64,000 nucleotides of DNA from an uncultured delta proteobacterium (lineage in GTDB: Bacteria; Desulfobacterota; Binatia; UBA9968), in contig CAWFJP010000003.1 in assembly GCA_963816145.1 (NCBI GenBank), positions 416,001 to 480,000 on the forward strand. The letters are read 5' to 3'. A model generated the notes under the pieces. The model saw nothing but the letters and a program-made list of their open reading frames with translations. It had not been told where the DNA came from and searched no databases. Shown one piece after another: positions 39,709 to 50,218 of this stretch (its first letter is position 1; the number at the start of each line of letters is the position of its first letter). Both the position numbers and the translations under genes were made by a program.

Positions 39709-40683
39709 TTAACGCAGTCCCAGCTCTCTTTGCGCTTCTTCGAGAAACGACAGGTTGGCAATTTGATTGTGCGACACCTGTTTTTGCGATTTATTGGCCT
39801 TAAGGGTTTGTTGAATCACGTTTTCGATGGCACTGTCACTCGCCGCGCCGTTGGCGCTGAAGGTCTTGAGCATCACTTGATAGCTCTTCTCGGCGATATC
39901 CGGTTCAATCTTCCATTGTTTGGCGATCATCTCGACGACCCGGTTCTTTTCCTTGCGTAGAAACACCAGGCTTCTGACGAAGCCGCGCACCATGCGTTTC
40001 ACCTGGCCGGGGTTGCGCGCAATCTTGTTGTCCGAAGTCACCAGACCCGCTTGCAACTGTTCTTTAACGACGTCGCCGGCCCAGGCGATGACGCGAAACC
40101 CTTCCTTTTCCATGATGACATCATAGGGCGGCGTGAACAGCGCCGCCGCCACCGCGCCGGTGCGCAGCGCGGTTTGATTATTGGCCTGACTGCCCAACCC
40201 TTGGGTAACGATCTCACGGTCGGAAATGCCAAACGAGCGTATGATCTCGCGGGCGACTAAATCCGTCGTGCTGCCAATGGAAGTCACCGCTACGTTCTTG
40301 CCCTTGAGATCGCCGGGACTCTTAATTTCAGGGCGCACGTTCAGCGCCAAGGCCGGGCGAATACCGCCGAAGGCTATAACTTTGACCGGCAAGCCGGTGG
40401 TCGCGGCGCGCATCATGGTGTCAGCCAAGGTCGAATAGTCGAGATCGCCCTGCAACAACGCCGGCCCGACCAATCGTCCATTCATCAAGACGATTTGCAC
40501 ATCGAGCCCTTCCTCGCGAAACAGCCCGAAGCGCACGCCGGCATAGGAGGGCAATTGACTCAGCGCCGTGACCGGGATGGCGAGATTGACCCGTTCCAAC
40601 TTGTCCTGACACTGGCCGGAGTCCATAGCCAAAAGAATCGTAATGAGACTCAAAGCTAACCCGATGACGTAACCCGTCTTCAT
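39709..40683 (-). CDS. ABC substrate-binding protein, NitT/TauT family
   Basis: Signal peptide from ATG 40683; GLFREEGLDVQ, DLKGKNVAV. Confidence 0.88.
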   Translation of the reverse strand: MKTGYVIGLALSLITILLAMDSGQCQDKLERVNLAIPVTALSQLPSYAGVRFGLFREEGLDVQIVLMNGRLVGPALLQGDLDYSTLADTMMRAATTGLPVKVIAFGGIRPALALNVRPEIKSPGDLKGKNVAVTSIGSTTDLVAREIIRSFGISDREIVTQGLGSQANNQTALRTGAVAAALFTPPYDVIMEKEGFRVIAWAGDVVKEQLQAGLVTSDNKIARNPGQVKRMVRGFVRSLVFLRKEKNRVVEMIAKQWKIEPDIAEKSYQVMLKTFSANGAASDSAIENVIQQTLKANKSQKQVSHNQIANLSFLEEAQRELGLR

Positions 40684-40843
40684 AATTTGGCGAACTCGGT
40701 TCGGGGCCGATAGTAGCGGAAATGAAAACTTGGCGTCAATCGAACCCCGGTAAGAAATCTTTGCTAAACTCTCCCACCGGCGGTTGAATAATCGGCGCGG
40801 CATCAGCTATTGTCCAGCCGTCAGTGTCGAGAGGAGCAACGCT

Positions 40844-41686
40844 ATGCCTTACGCAAACGTCCGCGGCATCAATATGAATTATCAAATCCTCGGCAGCACC
40901 GGCCCGTGGGCCGCGCTCTCCCCCGGCGGACGGCGCGACATCAGCGGTATCCAAAACCAAGCCGGCAAACTCGCCGATCTCGGATACCGCGTCGTCATCT
41001 TCGACCGGCGCAACTGCGGCGCGTCGGATGTCGTCATCGACGGCAACGACTCGGAATACGAGATCTGGGCCGATGATGTCCATGAGTTGCTGAATCAATT
41101 GGAAGCGTTGCCCGCCATCGTCGGCGGCAGCTCGTCCGGTTGCCGCACTGCTCTGCTTTTCGCCTTGCGCCATCCGGAGTCCGTGCGCGCATTGCTTCTG
41201 TGGCGCATTACCGGCGGAAGATTCGCCTGCGAACGCTTGGCCGAAGAATACTACGGCCAGTTCATCACTGCGGCCAAGAGCGGCGGCATGGCCGCGGTCT
41301 GCGGCATGGAGCATTGGCAAGAACGCATCAAAGCGCGCCCCGAGAACCGCAACACGCTGATGCAAATGGACCCGCAGCATTTTATCCGAGTCATGTCGCG
41401 CTGGCGCGAATACTTTCTTAAGGGCGCCGATCTCCCCGTCATCGGGGCGACCGAAGCCGATCTGCTCACGATAAAAGTCCCGGCCTGCATCGTCCCCGGT
41501 AACGATCTCACCCATGGACGGCAAACCGGTGAAACCCTCGGCCGCCTACTACAAAAGAGCGAAGTCCATGTGCTATTTCCCAAACACTACGACGAACCCT
41601 TGAGTCCGCGCGAGGAATGGGACGCCAAGGCCGGCGAGATGGCAGCGCTGTGGCACGAATTCCTCAAACGCTCGAAAGTTGTGTAA
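40844..41686 (+). CDS. Alpha/beta hydrolase
   Basis: FDRRNCGAS, nucleophile elbow GGSSSG, PGNDLTH; RBS AGGAG. Confidence 0.88.
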   Translation: MPYANVRGINMNYQILGSTGPWAALSPGGRRDISGIQNQAGKLADLGYRVVIFDRRNCGASDVVIDGNDSEYEIWADDVHELLNQLEALPAIVGGSSSGCRTALLFALRHPESVRALLLWRITGGRFACERLAEEYYGQFITAAKSGGMAAVCGMEHWQERIKARPENRNTLMQMDPQHFIRVMSRWREYFLKGADLPVIGATEADLLTIKVPACIVPGNDLTHGRQTGETLGRLLQKSEVHVLFPKHYDEPLSPREEWDAKAGEMAALWHEFLKRSKVV

Positions 41687-41712
41687 TAGCTATAGGAAAT
41701 GACGAAAAGGTT

Positions 41713-41794
41713 TCACCACGAAGTTCACGAAGAGCACGAAGGCATTGGACAAAGACATTTCCGAACTTCGTGCGCTTCGTGTCCTTCGTGGTGA
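41713..41794. repeat. CACCACGAAG palindromic repeat (family A, copy 4)
   Basis: Inverted arms. Confidence 0.9.
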
Positions 41795-41839
41795 GAAACG
41801 ACTACCATCAACACGCAGCAATCACACAAGGAGACAACA

Positions 41840-42520
41840 GTGATCGAACCGCTAGACGCACTGAAAGACAAAATAGTGATGGTCGCCAAGATCCTGCAGC
41901 ACGAACGCGTGATCGACGGCTACGGCCATATCACGGCACGTTTACCGGGATATAGAATCCTCAGCACGCCGCATATGCCGCCAGGTAAAGTCGCCGTCCG
42001 CGATTTGATCATTCTCGACGCCGATGGGAAAAAACTCGAAGGCCACGGCGACCCCAACGGCGAGACCGCCATGCACACGTCGATCTATAAGGCACGCCCG
42101 GACGTAGAGTGCATCTTGCACTACCACGCCGACGAGCTGGTCGCCGTCGCCGCCACCGGCCAGGAGATCAAAGTGATCTCGAACTGCGGCGTCAACTTTC
42201 ACCGCGGTACGCCAATCTATGACTCGCCGGTGCTGATCCGCAACGAACAACTAGGCGACAAAGTTGCGACTACCCTCGGCGACAAAGTCGCCGTCCTCCT
42301 GCGCGGCCACGGCGGCACCGTGGTGGCCAAGAACTTGGACCAGCTCTGCCGACTCGGTCTCGACCTCGTGCGCAGCGCCAAACTCCAGATCATGGCCGCC
42401 CCGCTCGGAGCGGTGAAAGTCCATAGCAAAGAGGAATGCGAGGCGATGACCAGGATCGAAACCCGGCCGGACGTGCATCGCCGCTTCATGGATTACTACA
42501 TCTCGGAAGTGGTTGACTGA
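41840..42520 (+). CDS. Class II aldolase/adducin family protein
   Basis: GHITAR, ETAMHTSIYKARPDV, HYH, LLRGHG. Confidence 0.9.
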   Translation: MIEPLDALKDKIVMVAKILQHERVIDGYGHITARLPGYRILSTPHMPPGKVAVRDLIILDADGKKLEGHGDPNGETAMHTSIYKARPDVECILHYHADELVAVAATGQEIKVISNCGVNFHRGTPIYDSPVLIRNEQLGDKVATTLGDKVAVLLRGHGGTVVAKNLDQLCRLGLDLVRSAKLQIMAAPLGAVKVHSKEECEAMTRIETRPDVHRRFMDYYISEVVD

Positions 42521-42589
42521 TTTTTTAACATGATCCCAGATAGTGTTAGTGGTTCACTTGGAGTTGGCCGAACGTTTTCAGCGTGAGAA

Positions 42590-42659
42590 AGATTTCTCGC
42601 TTCGCTCGAAATGACAGCAGAATACTCTCCTTGTCATCTCGAACGAAGTGAGAGATCTC
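42590..42659. repeat. GTCAT-type palindromic repeat (AGATTTCTC...AAATGAC subtype)
   Basis: agatttctcgcttcgctcgaaatgac / gtcatctcgaacgaagtgagagatct; same subtype as the core of the 23524-23655 element. Confidence 0.75.
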
Positions 42660-42695
42660 GATCTAACTGAACCACCATCAGAGAGTTGATTCGCA

Positions 42696-44213
42696 ATGGC
42701 AGACCAAAATCCTTTTGCCCCGCTACCCGCTGGCATGAAAGTCACCGCTGCCGCGGCGGCTTTCGTCGAGAACGTGACATTCGATGCTATCCCTGCCGAG
42801 GCGTTCCGCATCGGCACGCGCTGTTTGCTCGACGGCCTGGGTTTGTTCGTCGCCGGCTCGGAAGAGCACACGGTTCAGTTGCTCGTCGAAGAAGCCGAAG
42901 AGATGGGAGGACGGGCAGACGCGCTTCTCTTGAGCCGCGGCAAAGTCAAAGTACCTGGCCCCATGGCCGCACGCGTGCTTGGCACTGCGGGTCACGCCCA
43001 CGACTGGGATGACAGTCAGGTCAGCGTCGATCCCGCCCATGTCTATGGCTTGTTAACCCATCCGACCATACCGCCGCTGTCGAGCGCGCTCGTGATGGCG
43101 CAGAAGCTCGACAACATCGACGGCAAGACCTTCATGCTCGCCTTCCTCACCGGTTTCGAAGTCGAGTGCAAAATCTCCGAGTGGATGCTGCCGCAGCACT
43201 ACCTGCGCGGCTTCCACACCAGCGGCACCGTCGGCACCTTCGGCGCCTTCGCCGCGGCGGCAAAGCTATTGGGATTGAAAGGCGAGCAACTGCGCAGCGG
43301 TTTCGGTATCGCCGCCAGCTTCGCCGCCGGCATCCGCTGTAACTTTGGCACCATGACCAAGCCTCTACATGTCGGCCGGGCCGCGGAAAGCGGCGTCACC
43401 GCGGCGCTGCTCGCGGCGCGCGGCTTTACCGCCGACCCCGACGCCTTCGACGGTCCATGGGGCTATTTCGCCGTCCAAGGCGGCGGCGTCAGCGCTGAGA
43501 AGATTTCCCAAGGCTTCGGCAAGACCTGGACCATCGTCGAGCCCGGGGTATCGATCAAGCCCTACCCCTGCGGTGTGCTCACCCACCCAACCATCGACTT
43601 GATGTTGAAGCTAGTGAGCGGAAACAACGTGAAACCGGACGATATTGAAAGCGTAAAAGTCTACGCCGGCTCGAATATCTTGAATCCAATCCGCTACCCG
43701 ATCGCGGCGAATCATTTGCAAGCGAAATTCTCCCTCCCCTCAGCACTGGCCATGATCGCGCTCGCCCGCAAAGCCGGCAAGACGGAATTCTCCGACCCAT
43801 TCGTCGCCTCCGCGCCCATGCAAGCCATGCAAAAGCGTATCACCACCGAACTCGACTCCGAGATCGAAAAAATGGGCTTCGATAAAATGCGCTCGCGCAT
43901 CGCCATCAATTTGAAAAGCGGCAAAATCATCGAAGGCTGGGCCGACGAACGCTACCGCGGCGGCCCGGACAATCCATTGAGCGACGGCGACTTGGAAGCC
44001 AAGTTCCACTCGTGCTGCGAAGGCGTTCTTGATGGAGGCCGCCAAGCGAAGTTGATTGATGCAGCTTGGTCCGTCACCAAGCTCCCCAATCCCCATCAAC
44101 TACTGCTGCTTCTGAATGGCGTCAGTAATCAGACTAGATCGATCCAACTGTTGCGCACGACATCGACCAATCAAATTAAGATTCACAAGGAGGTCACTCT
44201 TGAAGATCGCTGA
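42696..44213 (+). CDS. MmgE/PrpD family protein
   Basis: HAHDWDD, THP, GFHTSGT, GTMTKPLHVG, KPYPCG, QAKFS. Confidence 0.92.
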   Translation: MADQNPFAPLPAGMKVTAAAAAFVENVTFDAIPAEAFRIGTRCLLDGLGLFVAGSEEHTVQLLVEEAEEMGGRADALLLSRGKVKVPGPMAARVLGTAGHAHDWDDSQVSVDPAHVYGLLTHPTIPPLSSALVMAQKLDNIDGKTFMLAFLTGFEVECKISEWMLPQHYLRGFHTSGTVGTFGAFAAAAKLLGLKGEQLRSGFGIAASFAAGIRCNFGTMTKPLHVGRAAESGVTAALLAARGFTADPDAFDGPWGYFAVQGGGVSAEKISQGFGKTWTIVEPGVSIKPYPCGVLTHPTIDLMLKLVSGNNVKPDDIESVKVYAGSNILNPIRYPIAANHLQAKFSLPSALAMIALARKAGKTEFSDPFVASAPMQAMQKRITTELDSEIEKMGFDKMRSRIAINLKSGKIIEGWADERYRGGPDNPLSDGDLEAKFHSCCEGVLDGGRQAKLIDAAWSVTKLPNPHQLLLLLNGVSNQTRSIQLLRTTSTNQIKIHKEVTLEDR

Positions 44214-45330
44214 GATAGAAATCATCGAGCTGCAAAACATCCCCGTCACCCCGCCGCTGTTCAAACAGCCGTTGCGCACCGGGGTGCGGCTGCTGAAACT
44301 CAAAACCGACGACGGTTTGGTCGGCTTGTCGCAGATTGGCGGATTCTTACACGCCGCCACGGTTGCGGCGATCAAGCAGGAATTGCTGCCGTTCTTGAAG
44401 GGCAAAGACCCGCTGGAGAACGAGCGCTTGATGCATCAGATGCTCTGGAAGTTCAACACGCGCGCGCACGGCGGCGTGTGGAATTATGCCGTCAGCGCCA
44501 TCGACGTCGCACTGTGGGATATCAAGGGCAAGCTCTACAACACGCCGGTGTGGCGCTTGCTCGGTGGTGCGCAGAAAATGATTCCCGCCTACATCACCTT
44601 CGGCCTGCGCGCTTACACCCGCGACGAGCTGGCGGCGGCGGCGAAGCACTGGCAAGCAAGCGGCCAGAACCGGCTCAAGGTGCAAGTCGGCCGGGTCAAC
44701 ATCCGCGGCGAAAGCGATCCGGGAGGAGCGAGCGCTGAACACCGTGCCGATAATCCGGCCGAAGATGTCGCGCGCATGAAAGCCGTGCGCGAAGCGGTCG
44801 GAGACGATGCCGAGCTCATGGCGGATGCCAACTGTTTGATGAAACTCGATACCGCAGTGCGCTGGTGCAAGAGCTTCGAGCCGTTTAATCTAACCTGGTT
44901 CGAAGAGCCGATCGTTCATAATGATCCGCACCTGCTGGCTCAACTGCGCAAGCAAACCAGCATTCCCATCGCCGCCGGCCAGTGGGAGAATTTCTCCCGG
45001 CTCGCCGATCTGGTCAAAGCCGACGCCGTCGACTTCCTCAATATCCACGTCCTATCCATCGGCGGCTTTACCATGGGCATGAAAGCCGCAGGCTTGGCCC
45101 AGGCTTACAATCTGCCCATCGGCAACGGCGATCATTTCGACTTCCACCTCCATGCCGCGGTGCCCAACGGCTGGCGCGCCGAGATTCATGTCAACAACTG
45201 GCTGACGGCCAACGCGGTTTACAAAGAATTGCCCACGCTTGCCGACGGCTGGGTGACGCTGAGCGAACGGCCGGGACTTGGGGTCGAGCTCAATGAAGAT
45301 GCGGTGAAGGAATTTCGCGTACCTGCGTAG
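44200..45330 (+). CDS. Mandelate racemase/muconate lactonizing enzyme (enolase superfamily)
   Basis: SAIDVALWDIKGK, PVWRLLGG, MADAN, WFEEP, PGLGVE; TTG start behind AGGAGG. Confidence 0.9.
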   Translation: MKIAEIEIIELQNIPVTPPLFKQPLRTGVRLLKLKTDDGLVGLSQIGGFLHAATVAAIKQELLPFLKGKDPLENERLMHQMLWKFNTRAHGGVWNYAVSAIDVALWDIKGKLYNTPVWRLLGGAQKMIPAYITFGLRAYTRDELAAAAKHWQASGQNRLKVQVGRVNIRGESDPGGASAEHRADNPAEDVARMKAVREAVGDDAELMADANCLMKLDTAVRWCKSFEPFNLTWFEEPIVHNDPHLLAQLRKQTSIPIAAGQWENFSRLADLVKADAVDFLNIHVLSIGGFTMGMKAAGLAQAYNLPIGNGDHFDFHLHAAVPNGWRAEIHVNNWLTANAVYKELPTLADGWVTLSERPGLGVELNEDAVKEFRVPA

Positions 45331-45389
45331 ATTAATTTTCTCGCCACGGACCGATATCCCGCAACTGAATTAGCCAAGGCCAATGCTCA

Positions 45390-45517
45390 ATGATTCTAAA
45401 TTCATTGACTACAAGTCGATTCGCCAATGTCGTCATTCCGGCGGAGGCCGTAATCCCGGATTTCTTTGGCTGCGTCGCGCAACCGAAGATGGATGCCGGC
45501 CTGCGCCGGCATGACAA
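45390..45517. repeat. Partial copy of the 34249/56071 element (GTCAT palindrome core)
   Basis: ttctaaatt..gactacaagtcga then gtcattccggcg...gaagatggatgccggcctgcgccggcatgacaa. Confidence 0.7.
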
Positions 45518-45557
45518 TACGACGGCCGCACTACTATCCAAGCCGACAGGACTGAAA

Positions 45558-46778
45558 ATGAACCGCCGCCAATTTAACAAAACATTGCTCACCGCCGCCG
45601 CGGCTGTACTCGCTCCATTCAACATCGTCCGCGCGCAGTCGAGCAAGCTCAAAGTCGGCGTCCTGCTGCCCAAATCCGGCTTACAGGGCTTGATCGGCCA
45701 GTCTTGTCAGAAAGGCGCCAATCTCGCGCCTTTCGTCATTAAAGAGCGTCTCGGCGTCGACATCGAACTGCTCAATGCCGACACCGAGACGAACGTCGAC
45801 ACCGCGCGCACGCGAGCGGAAAAACTGATTCAAGAAGGCGCGCATTGCCTGGTCGGTCCGTTCGATTCCGGAGCCGCCGCAGCCATCGCCCAAGTCGCCG
45901 AGCAGCGCGGCGTGCCGTTTATCATCAACATCGCCGCTGCACCGCAGATCACCGAGCAGGGTTACAAGTATGTTTTTCGCAATTTCCCGATCGCCACGGA
46001 ATTGGTCAGCAACGGCCTCGCCCTCACCGACGCGCTGTTCAAGGTCACCGGCACGACGCCGCGCAGCGCGGTGTTCATGCATGTCAACGACACCTTCGGC
46101 CAGGCCAATGCCAAGGCGATCGGCGCGATCCTACCGCTGTTGAATTTGCCGTTTAAACTTGTCGACACAATATCCTACGATCCGGCAGCCAAGGACTTGA
46201 CGGTGGAAATCGTCAAAGCGAAAGCGACCAAAGCAGACTTCTTGCTGCTGGTTAGCCGCTTGAACGATGCCATCGTGTTGCGCCGCGAGATTGTCAAGCA
46301 GCGCTGGAATGTCATGGGCATCATCAGCCCGGGCTCCCCGGGCATGTATGAGAACCAGTTTTTTCAGTCGCTAGGCAAGCTATCCGAAGGCTGCATCTCC
46401 AATGTCCCATGGTTCGATCCCAAAGCGGCAATGACGAAGTCCGTCGATGCTGCCTTCAAAAAGCAAAATCCCAAAGACCAGTTAAAGTTTCACGCGCTCA
46501 ACGTCGGCTATACCTTTGAAGCGTTGCTGATCGCCGCCGACGCGTTCAAGCGCGCGAAATCGACCGATGCCCAGCCGTTGACCGAAGCGATCCGCCAGAC
46601 CGAAATAATGAACCGCATGATGATCGGCGCGCCGATCAAGTTCAACGCCAAGGGCCAGGTCGAAGGCAACCTGTCTGCGTGCATTCAGAATCAAGGCCAG
46701 CAACCCGTGGTCGTTTTACCCGCGCCATCCGCGGAAGCGAAGCCAAAGTTTCCTTGGGCGGAATATAAACGAGCGTAA
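45558..46778 (+). CDS. Liv-type ABC substrate-binding protein with Tat-like signal
   Basis: MNRRQF signal; LKVGVLLPKSG, NDTFG, IKFNAKGQ. Confidence 0.9.
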   Translation: MNRRQFNKTLLTAAAAVLAPFNIVRAQSSKLKVGVLLPKSGLQGLIGQSCQKGANLAPFVIKERLGVDIELLNADTETNVDTARTRAEKLIQEGAHCLVGPFDSGAAAAIAQVAEQRGVPFIINIAAAPQITEQGYKYVFRNFPIATELVSNGLALTDALFKVTGTTPRSAVFMHVNDTFGQANAKAIGAILPLLNLPFKLVDTISYDPAAKDLTVEIVKAKATKADFLLLVSRLNDAIVLRREIVKQRWNVMGIISPGSPGMYENQFFQSLGKLSEGCISNVPWFDPKAAMTKSVDAAFKKQNPKDQLKFHALNVGYTFEALLIAADAFKRAKSTDAQPLTEAIRQTEIMNRMMIGAPIKFNAKGQVEGNLSACIQNQGQQPVVVLPAPSAEAKPKFPWAEYKRA

Positions 46779-46782
46779 CATT

Positions 46783-46867
46783 CGTCATGCCGGTGGAAAC
46801 CGGCATCCAGGTTGTGGTTCGCGGGGATGGGTTCAAAGACTGGATTCCGGCCCGCGCCCGAATGACG
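46783..46867. repeat. GTCAT palindromic (REP-like) repeat
   Basis: cgtcatgccggtggaaaccggcatccag...ctggattccggcccgcgcccgaatgacg. Confidence 0.8.
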
Positions 46868-46907
46868 TTACAGAATCGATCAACTCAGTTTTGACATTCA
46901 TTTAACC

Positions 46908-47783
46908 ATGCCCATCGACTTCGTCAGCCTAACCAACGTCATTATTTCAGGAATCCTCACCGGTCTGGTCTACGGCCTGATGGCGCTCGGTCTTTCAGTT
47001 ATTTTTGGTGTCGCCCGCGTGGTCAACTTTGCCCATGGCGAGATGATGACGCTCGCCATGTACGCAAGCGTGATACTGTTCAGCACCTTTGGGCTAAATC
47101 CTTTCATCGCCGTTCTACCGGTCGCGGCGTTTTTCTTTGTTTTGGGTTACGGCTTGCAGCGCTGGATCGTCAATCCGTTCGTCACCCGCCCCGACCATGC
47201 GCAGTTCATGCTGCTGCTCTCGATCGCCATTATCCTGACCAACGGCCAATTGATCTTCTTCGGCCCAGACGCCCGTAGCGTGCGGCTCGACAGCATGCTC
47301 GAATCCATCGAACTCGGCCCGCTTTTGATCGACCGCGGTAAACTCTACGCCGGGCTGGTCGCCGTCGGCACGGCCGCTGGGCTGTTCAGCTTTTTCCGCT
47401 TCACCCGCCGCGGCACGGCAATCCGCGCCTGCGCCGATAACTGGCTCGGCGCCAAGGTCGTTGGCCTCAACGTCAATCAGCTCTACGCGTTGGCGTTCGG
47501 GTTGGGCACGCTCTGTGTCGCGGTCGCCGGCTGCATGATGGTCCTGCTGATCGACCTGACGCCGGCCATCGGCCCGGGCTACACGCTGCTCGCGTTTGTG
47601 ATCGTCATCGTCGGCGGCCTCGGTTCGCTGAACGGCGCGCTGCTCGGCGGCGTCCTGATCGGCTTGTCGGAAGCGCTGGCAGGTCTGTTCATCCTGCCGT
47701 CGGCGAAAGGCATGTTTAGCTTCGCCTTGCTGATCGTTGTCCTGCTGATTCGTCCGCGCGGTCTGTTAGGCGGCCAGCGGTGA
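46908..47783 (+). CDS. livH: Branched-chain amino acid type ABC permease
   Basis: GLSVIFGVARVVNFAHGE, GTAIRA, VIVGGLGS. Confidence 0.9.
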   Translation: MPIDFVSLTNVIISGILTGLVYGLMALGLSVIFGVARVVNFAHGEMMTLAMYASVILFSTFGLNPFIAVLPVAAFFFVLGYGLQRWIVNPFVTRPDHAQFMLLLSIAIILTNGQLIFFGPDARSVRLDSMLESIELGPLLIDRGKLYAGLVAVGTAAGLFSFFRFTRRGTAIRACADNWLGAKVVGLNVNQLYALAFGLGTLCVAVAGCMMVLLIDLTPAIGPGYTLLAFVIVIVGGLGSLNGALLGGVLIGLSEALAGLFILPSAKGMFSFALLIVVLLIRPRGLLGGQR

Positions 47784-48751
47784 ATCGGCGTCCGTCATTC
47801 TTGCTGTTCTTATTGTCTGCCGCGTTGATCGTCCTGCCGGCGTTCGCCGACAATTACGTCCTATCCGTTGCCACGCTCTTCCTGTTTTTCGCCTACACCG
47901 GCCAAGCGTGGAACATCATGATGGGCTTCGCCGGCCAACTGTCTCTCGGCCATGCCTTGTACCTCGGCGTCGGCGGCTATACCGCCGGCGCGCTCTATTT
48001 TCACTATGGCGTCAGTCCTTGGATCGGAGTCTGGCTGGCGGTCTTTGTTTGCACCGCCCTCGGCGCTTTGCTCGGCGCCCTCGCCTTCCGTTACGGCATC
48101 TCCGGCGTTTACTTCACGCTCTTGACCATCGCATTCGCCGAGTTCGCGCGCATCGGCTTCGATCATTTCGCCTGGGTCGGCGGCTCGGCGGGCCTGTTTC
48201 TCAAGGTCGGCCCGCAGGATCGGATTGATTGGCTCAATCTGCGCGGCCCGCCGGCGATGTATTATTACGTCATGTTACTGCTTGCGGCGTTCGCTTTCGG
48301 ACTGTCCGCCTGGCTGATACACCGCCGGCCGGGCTACTATTGGCAAGCGATCCGCGAGAACGAAGAAGCCGCGAGCGCTCTCGGCATCGATGCATTCCGC
48401 TGGAAAATCCTCGCCGTCGCTATCAGCGCGGCTATGACCGCCGTCGCCGGTGTGTTTCTAGCCTTTTATTACAACAACCTGTTTCCCGAGCAGATATTCA
48501 GCATCAACCGCTCCGTCGAAATCATCTTGGGGCCGATCATCGGCGGCATGGGCACGCTTTTCGGTCCGATTATCGGGGCTGCGCTGGTCACCTTGCTCAC
48601 CGACGGCGCGACCGAATTTGTTGACGTGCTCGGCTGGAACATCCCCGGCGTCAAGCAACTTATTTATGGTGTCATCTTATTTGCCGTGGTCGTGTTTCTG
48701 CCCCATGGCATCTGGCCGTCTATCGCGCGCAAGCTGAAACTCGAGCGATGA
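47780..48751 (+). CDS. livM: Branched-chain amino acid type ABC permease
   Basis: WNIMMGFAGQLSLGH, AIRENEEAASALG, IGGMGTLFGP. Confidence 0.9.
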   Translation: MNRRPSFLLFLLSAALIVLPAFADNYVLSVATLFLFFAYTGQAWNIMMGFAGQLSLGHALYLGVGGYTAGALYFHYGVSPWIGVWLAVFVCTALGALLGALAFRYGISGVYFTLLTIAFAEFARIGFDHFAWVGGSAGLFLKVGPQDRIDWLNLRGPPAMYYYVMLLLAAFAFGLSAWLIHRRPGYYWQAIRENEEAASALGIDAFRWKILAVAISAAMTAVAGVFLAFYYNNLFPEQIFSINRSVEIILGPIIGGMGTLFGPIIGAALVTLLTDGATEFVDVLGWNIPGVKQLIYGVILFAVVVFLPHGIWPSIARKLKLER

Positions 48752-49473
48752 ATTTACTCGAAGTAGAAAAGCTCGGAAAATCTTTTCGCGGCCTGCGCGC
48801 CGTGAGCGAGGTATCGTTCAGCGTCGCGGAGAATTCCATCGTCGCCCTCATCGGCCCCAACGGCGCCGGCAAAACGACGCTGTTCAATCTCATTGCCGGC
48901 GCGCTGGTGCCGGACTCGGGGACCATCTCTTTTGCCGGCACCAGAATCGACGACCTGCGACCCGACCAGATCTGCGCTCGCGGCATCGGCCGAACCTTTC
49001 AGATCGCCAAACCCTTTGCCGGACTGTCCGTGCTCGATAATGTCGTTGTCGGCGCGCTGCAGCGATCGCCAAATGTTGCAGCGGCCCGGGTTTGTGCCCA
49101 GGAGATTCTCGCCAAACTCGGCTTGGAGTCCAAGCGCGACATGCCCGCCGCCGCACTGACCCTGCCGGACCGTAAACGGCTCGAAGTCGCGCGCGCCTTG
49201 GCAACCAAGCCCAAGCTCTTGCTGCTCGACGAAGTGATGGCCGGCCTGCGCCCGACCGAGTGCGATGAGGTGGTCGCGACGCTGCGCGAATTCAACCAGC
49301 GCGAAGGTATAACGATGCTCTTGATCGAACATGTCATGCGCGCGGTGATGGCTTTGGCCGACAAAGTCATCGTGCTGCATCACGGCGAAATCATCGGCCA
49401 TGGGAAGCCTGCCGACATTGTCCGCCAACCGGCCGTGGTGGCGAGCTACTTGGGTGAGAATAGCGACTTATGA
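48748..49473 (+). CDS. livG: ABC ATP-binding protein
   Basis: GPNGAGKTT, GIGRTFQ, LLLDE, IEH. Confidence 0.92.
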   Translation: MNLLEVEKLGKSFRGLRAVSEVSFSVAENSIVALIGPNGAGKTTLFNLIAGALVPDSGTISFAGTRIDDLRPDQICARGIGRTFQIAKPFAGLSVLDNVVVGALQRSPNVAAARVCAQEILAKLGLESKRDMPAAALTLPDRKRLEVARALATKPKLLLLDEVMAGLRPTECDEVVATLREFNQREGITMLLIEHVMRAVMALADKVIVLHHGEIIGHGKPADIVRQPAVVASYLGENSDL

Positions 49474-50183
49474 GCGCCCTACTGCAAGTCACCGACCTCG
49501 CCTTGAACTACGGCGGCGCAACGGCGCTTGCCGGCGTCTCGCTGGCGATTGAAAAAGGCGCGACGGTCGCTCTGGTCGGCGCCAATGGCGCCGGCAAGTC
49601 TTCGTTCATCCGCGCCATCGCAGGAATCGAACGGCCGATCACCGGGAAGATTGTTTTCGCCGGCCGAAACATCACCACGCTCGAATCCCATGAGATTTGC
49701 AACCTCGGCATCGGCCAGGTCGCCGAGGGGCGCCAGCTTTTTGCCACATTGACCGTTATGGAAAATTTGCAGATGGGCGCGGTGCCGGCGCGCGCCCGCG
49801 CGCGATACAAACAGTCGATAAACGAAGTCTTCGCGCTCTTTCCCCGCCTCGCCGAACGGCGCAAGCAACTAGCCGGCACGCTTTCGGGCGGCGAACAGCA
49901 AATGCTCGCCATCGGCCGCTGCCTGATGGGCTGTCCCGAACTGATCATGCTCGACGAACCGTCCTTGGGCTTGGCGCCAAACCTCGTCGAGGAAATGCTG
50001 CGCGCCGTTCACTTGCTGAATAGGCAAGGCCTGACGGTGCTCCTGGTCGAGCAGAACGTGGCCGCGTCGTTGAAGCTGTGCCAGCGCGGTTATGTGCTCG
50101 AAAACGGCCGCGTCGCAATGACTGGCACGGGAAACGAACTTCTGAACGATGACCGCGTTCGCCAAGCTTATCTCGGTTTATAG
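49470..50183 (+). CDS. livF: ABC ATP-binding protein
   Basis: GANGAGKS, LSGGEQQMLA, LDEPSLGLAP, VEQN. Confidence 0.92.
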   Translation: MSALLQVTDLALNYGGATALAGVSLAIEKGATVALVGANGAGKSSFIRAIAGIERPITGKIVFAGRNITTLESHEICNLGIGQVAEGRQLFATLTVMENLQMGAVPARARARYKQSINEVFALFPRLAERRKQLAGTLSGGEQQMLAIGRCLMGCPELIMLDEPSLGLAPNLVEEMLRAVHLLNRQGLTVLLVEQNVAASLKLCQRGYVLENGRVAMTGTGNELLNDDRVRQAYLGL

Positions 50184-50218
50184 GCTCGTCGGCTCCGCTT
50201 AAACCTCGGTGTATCATA

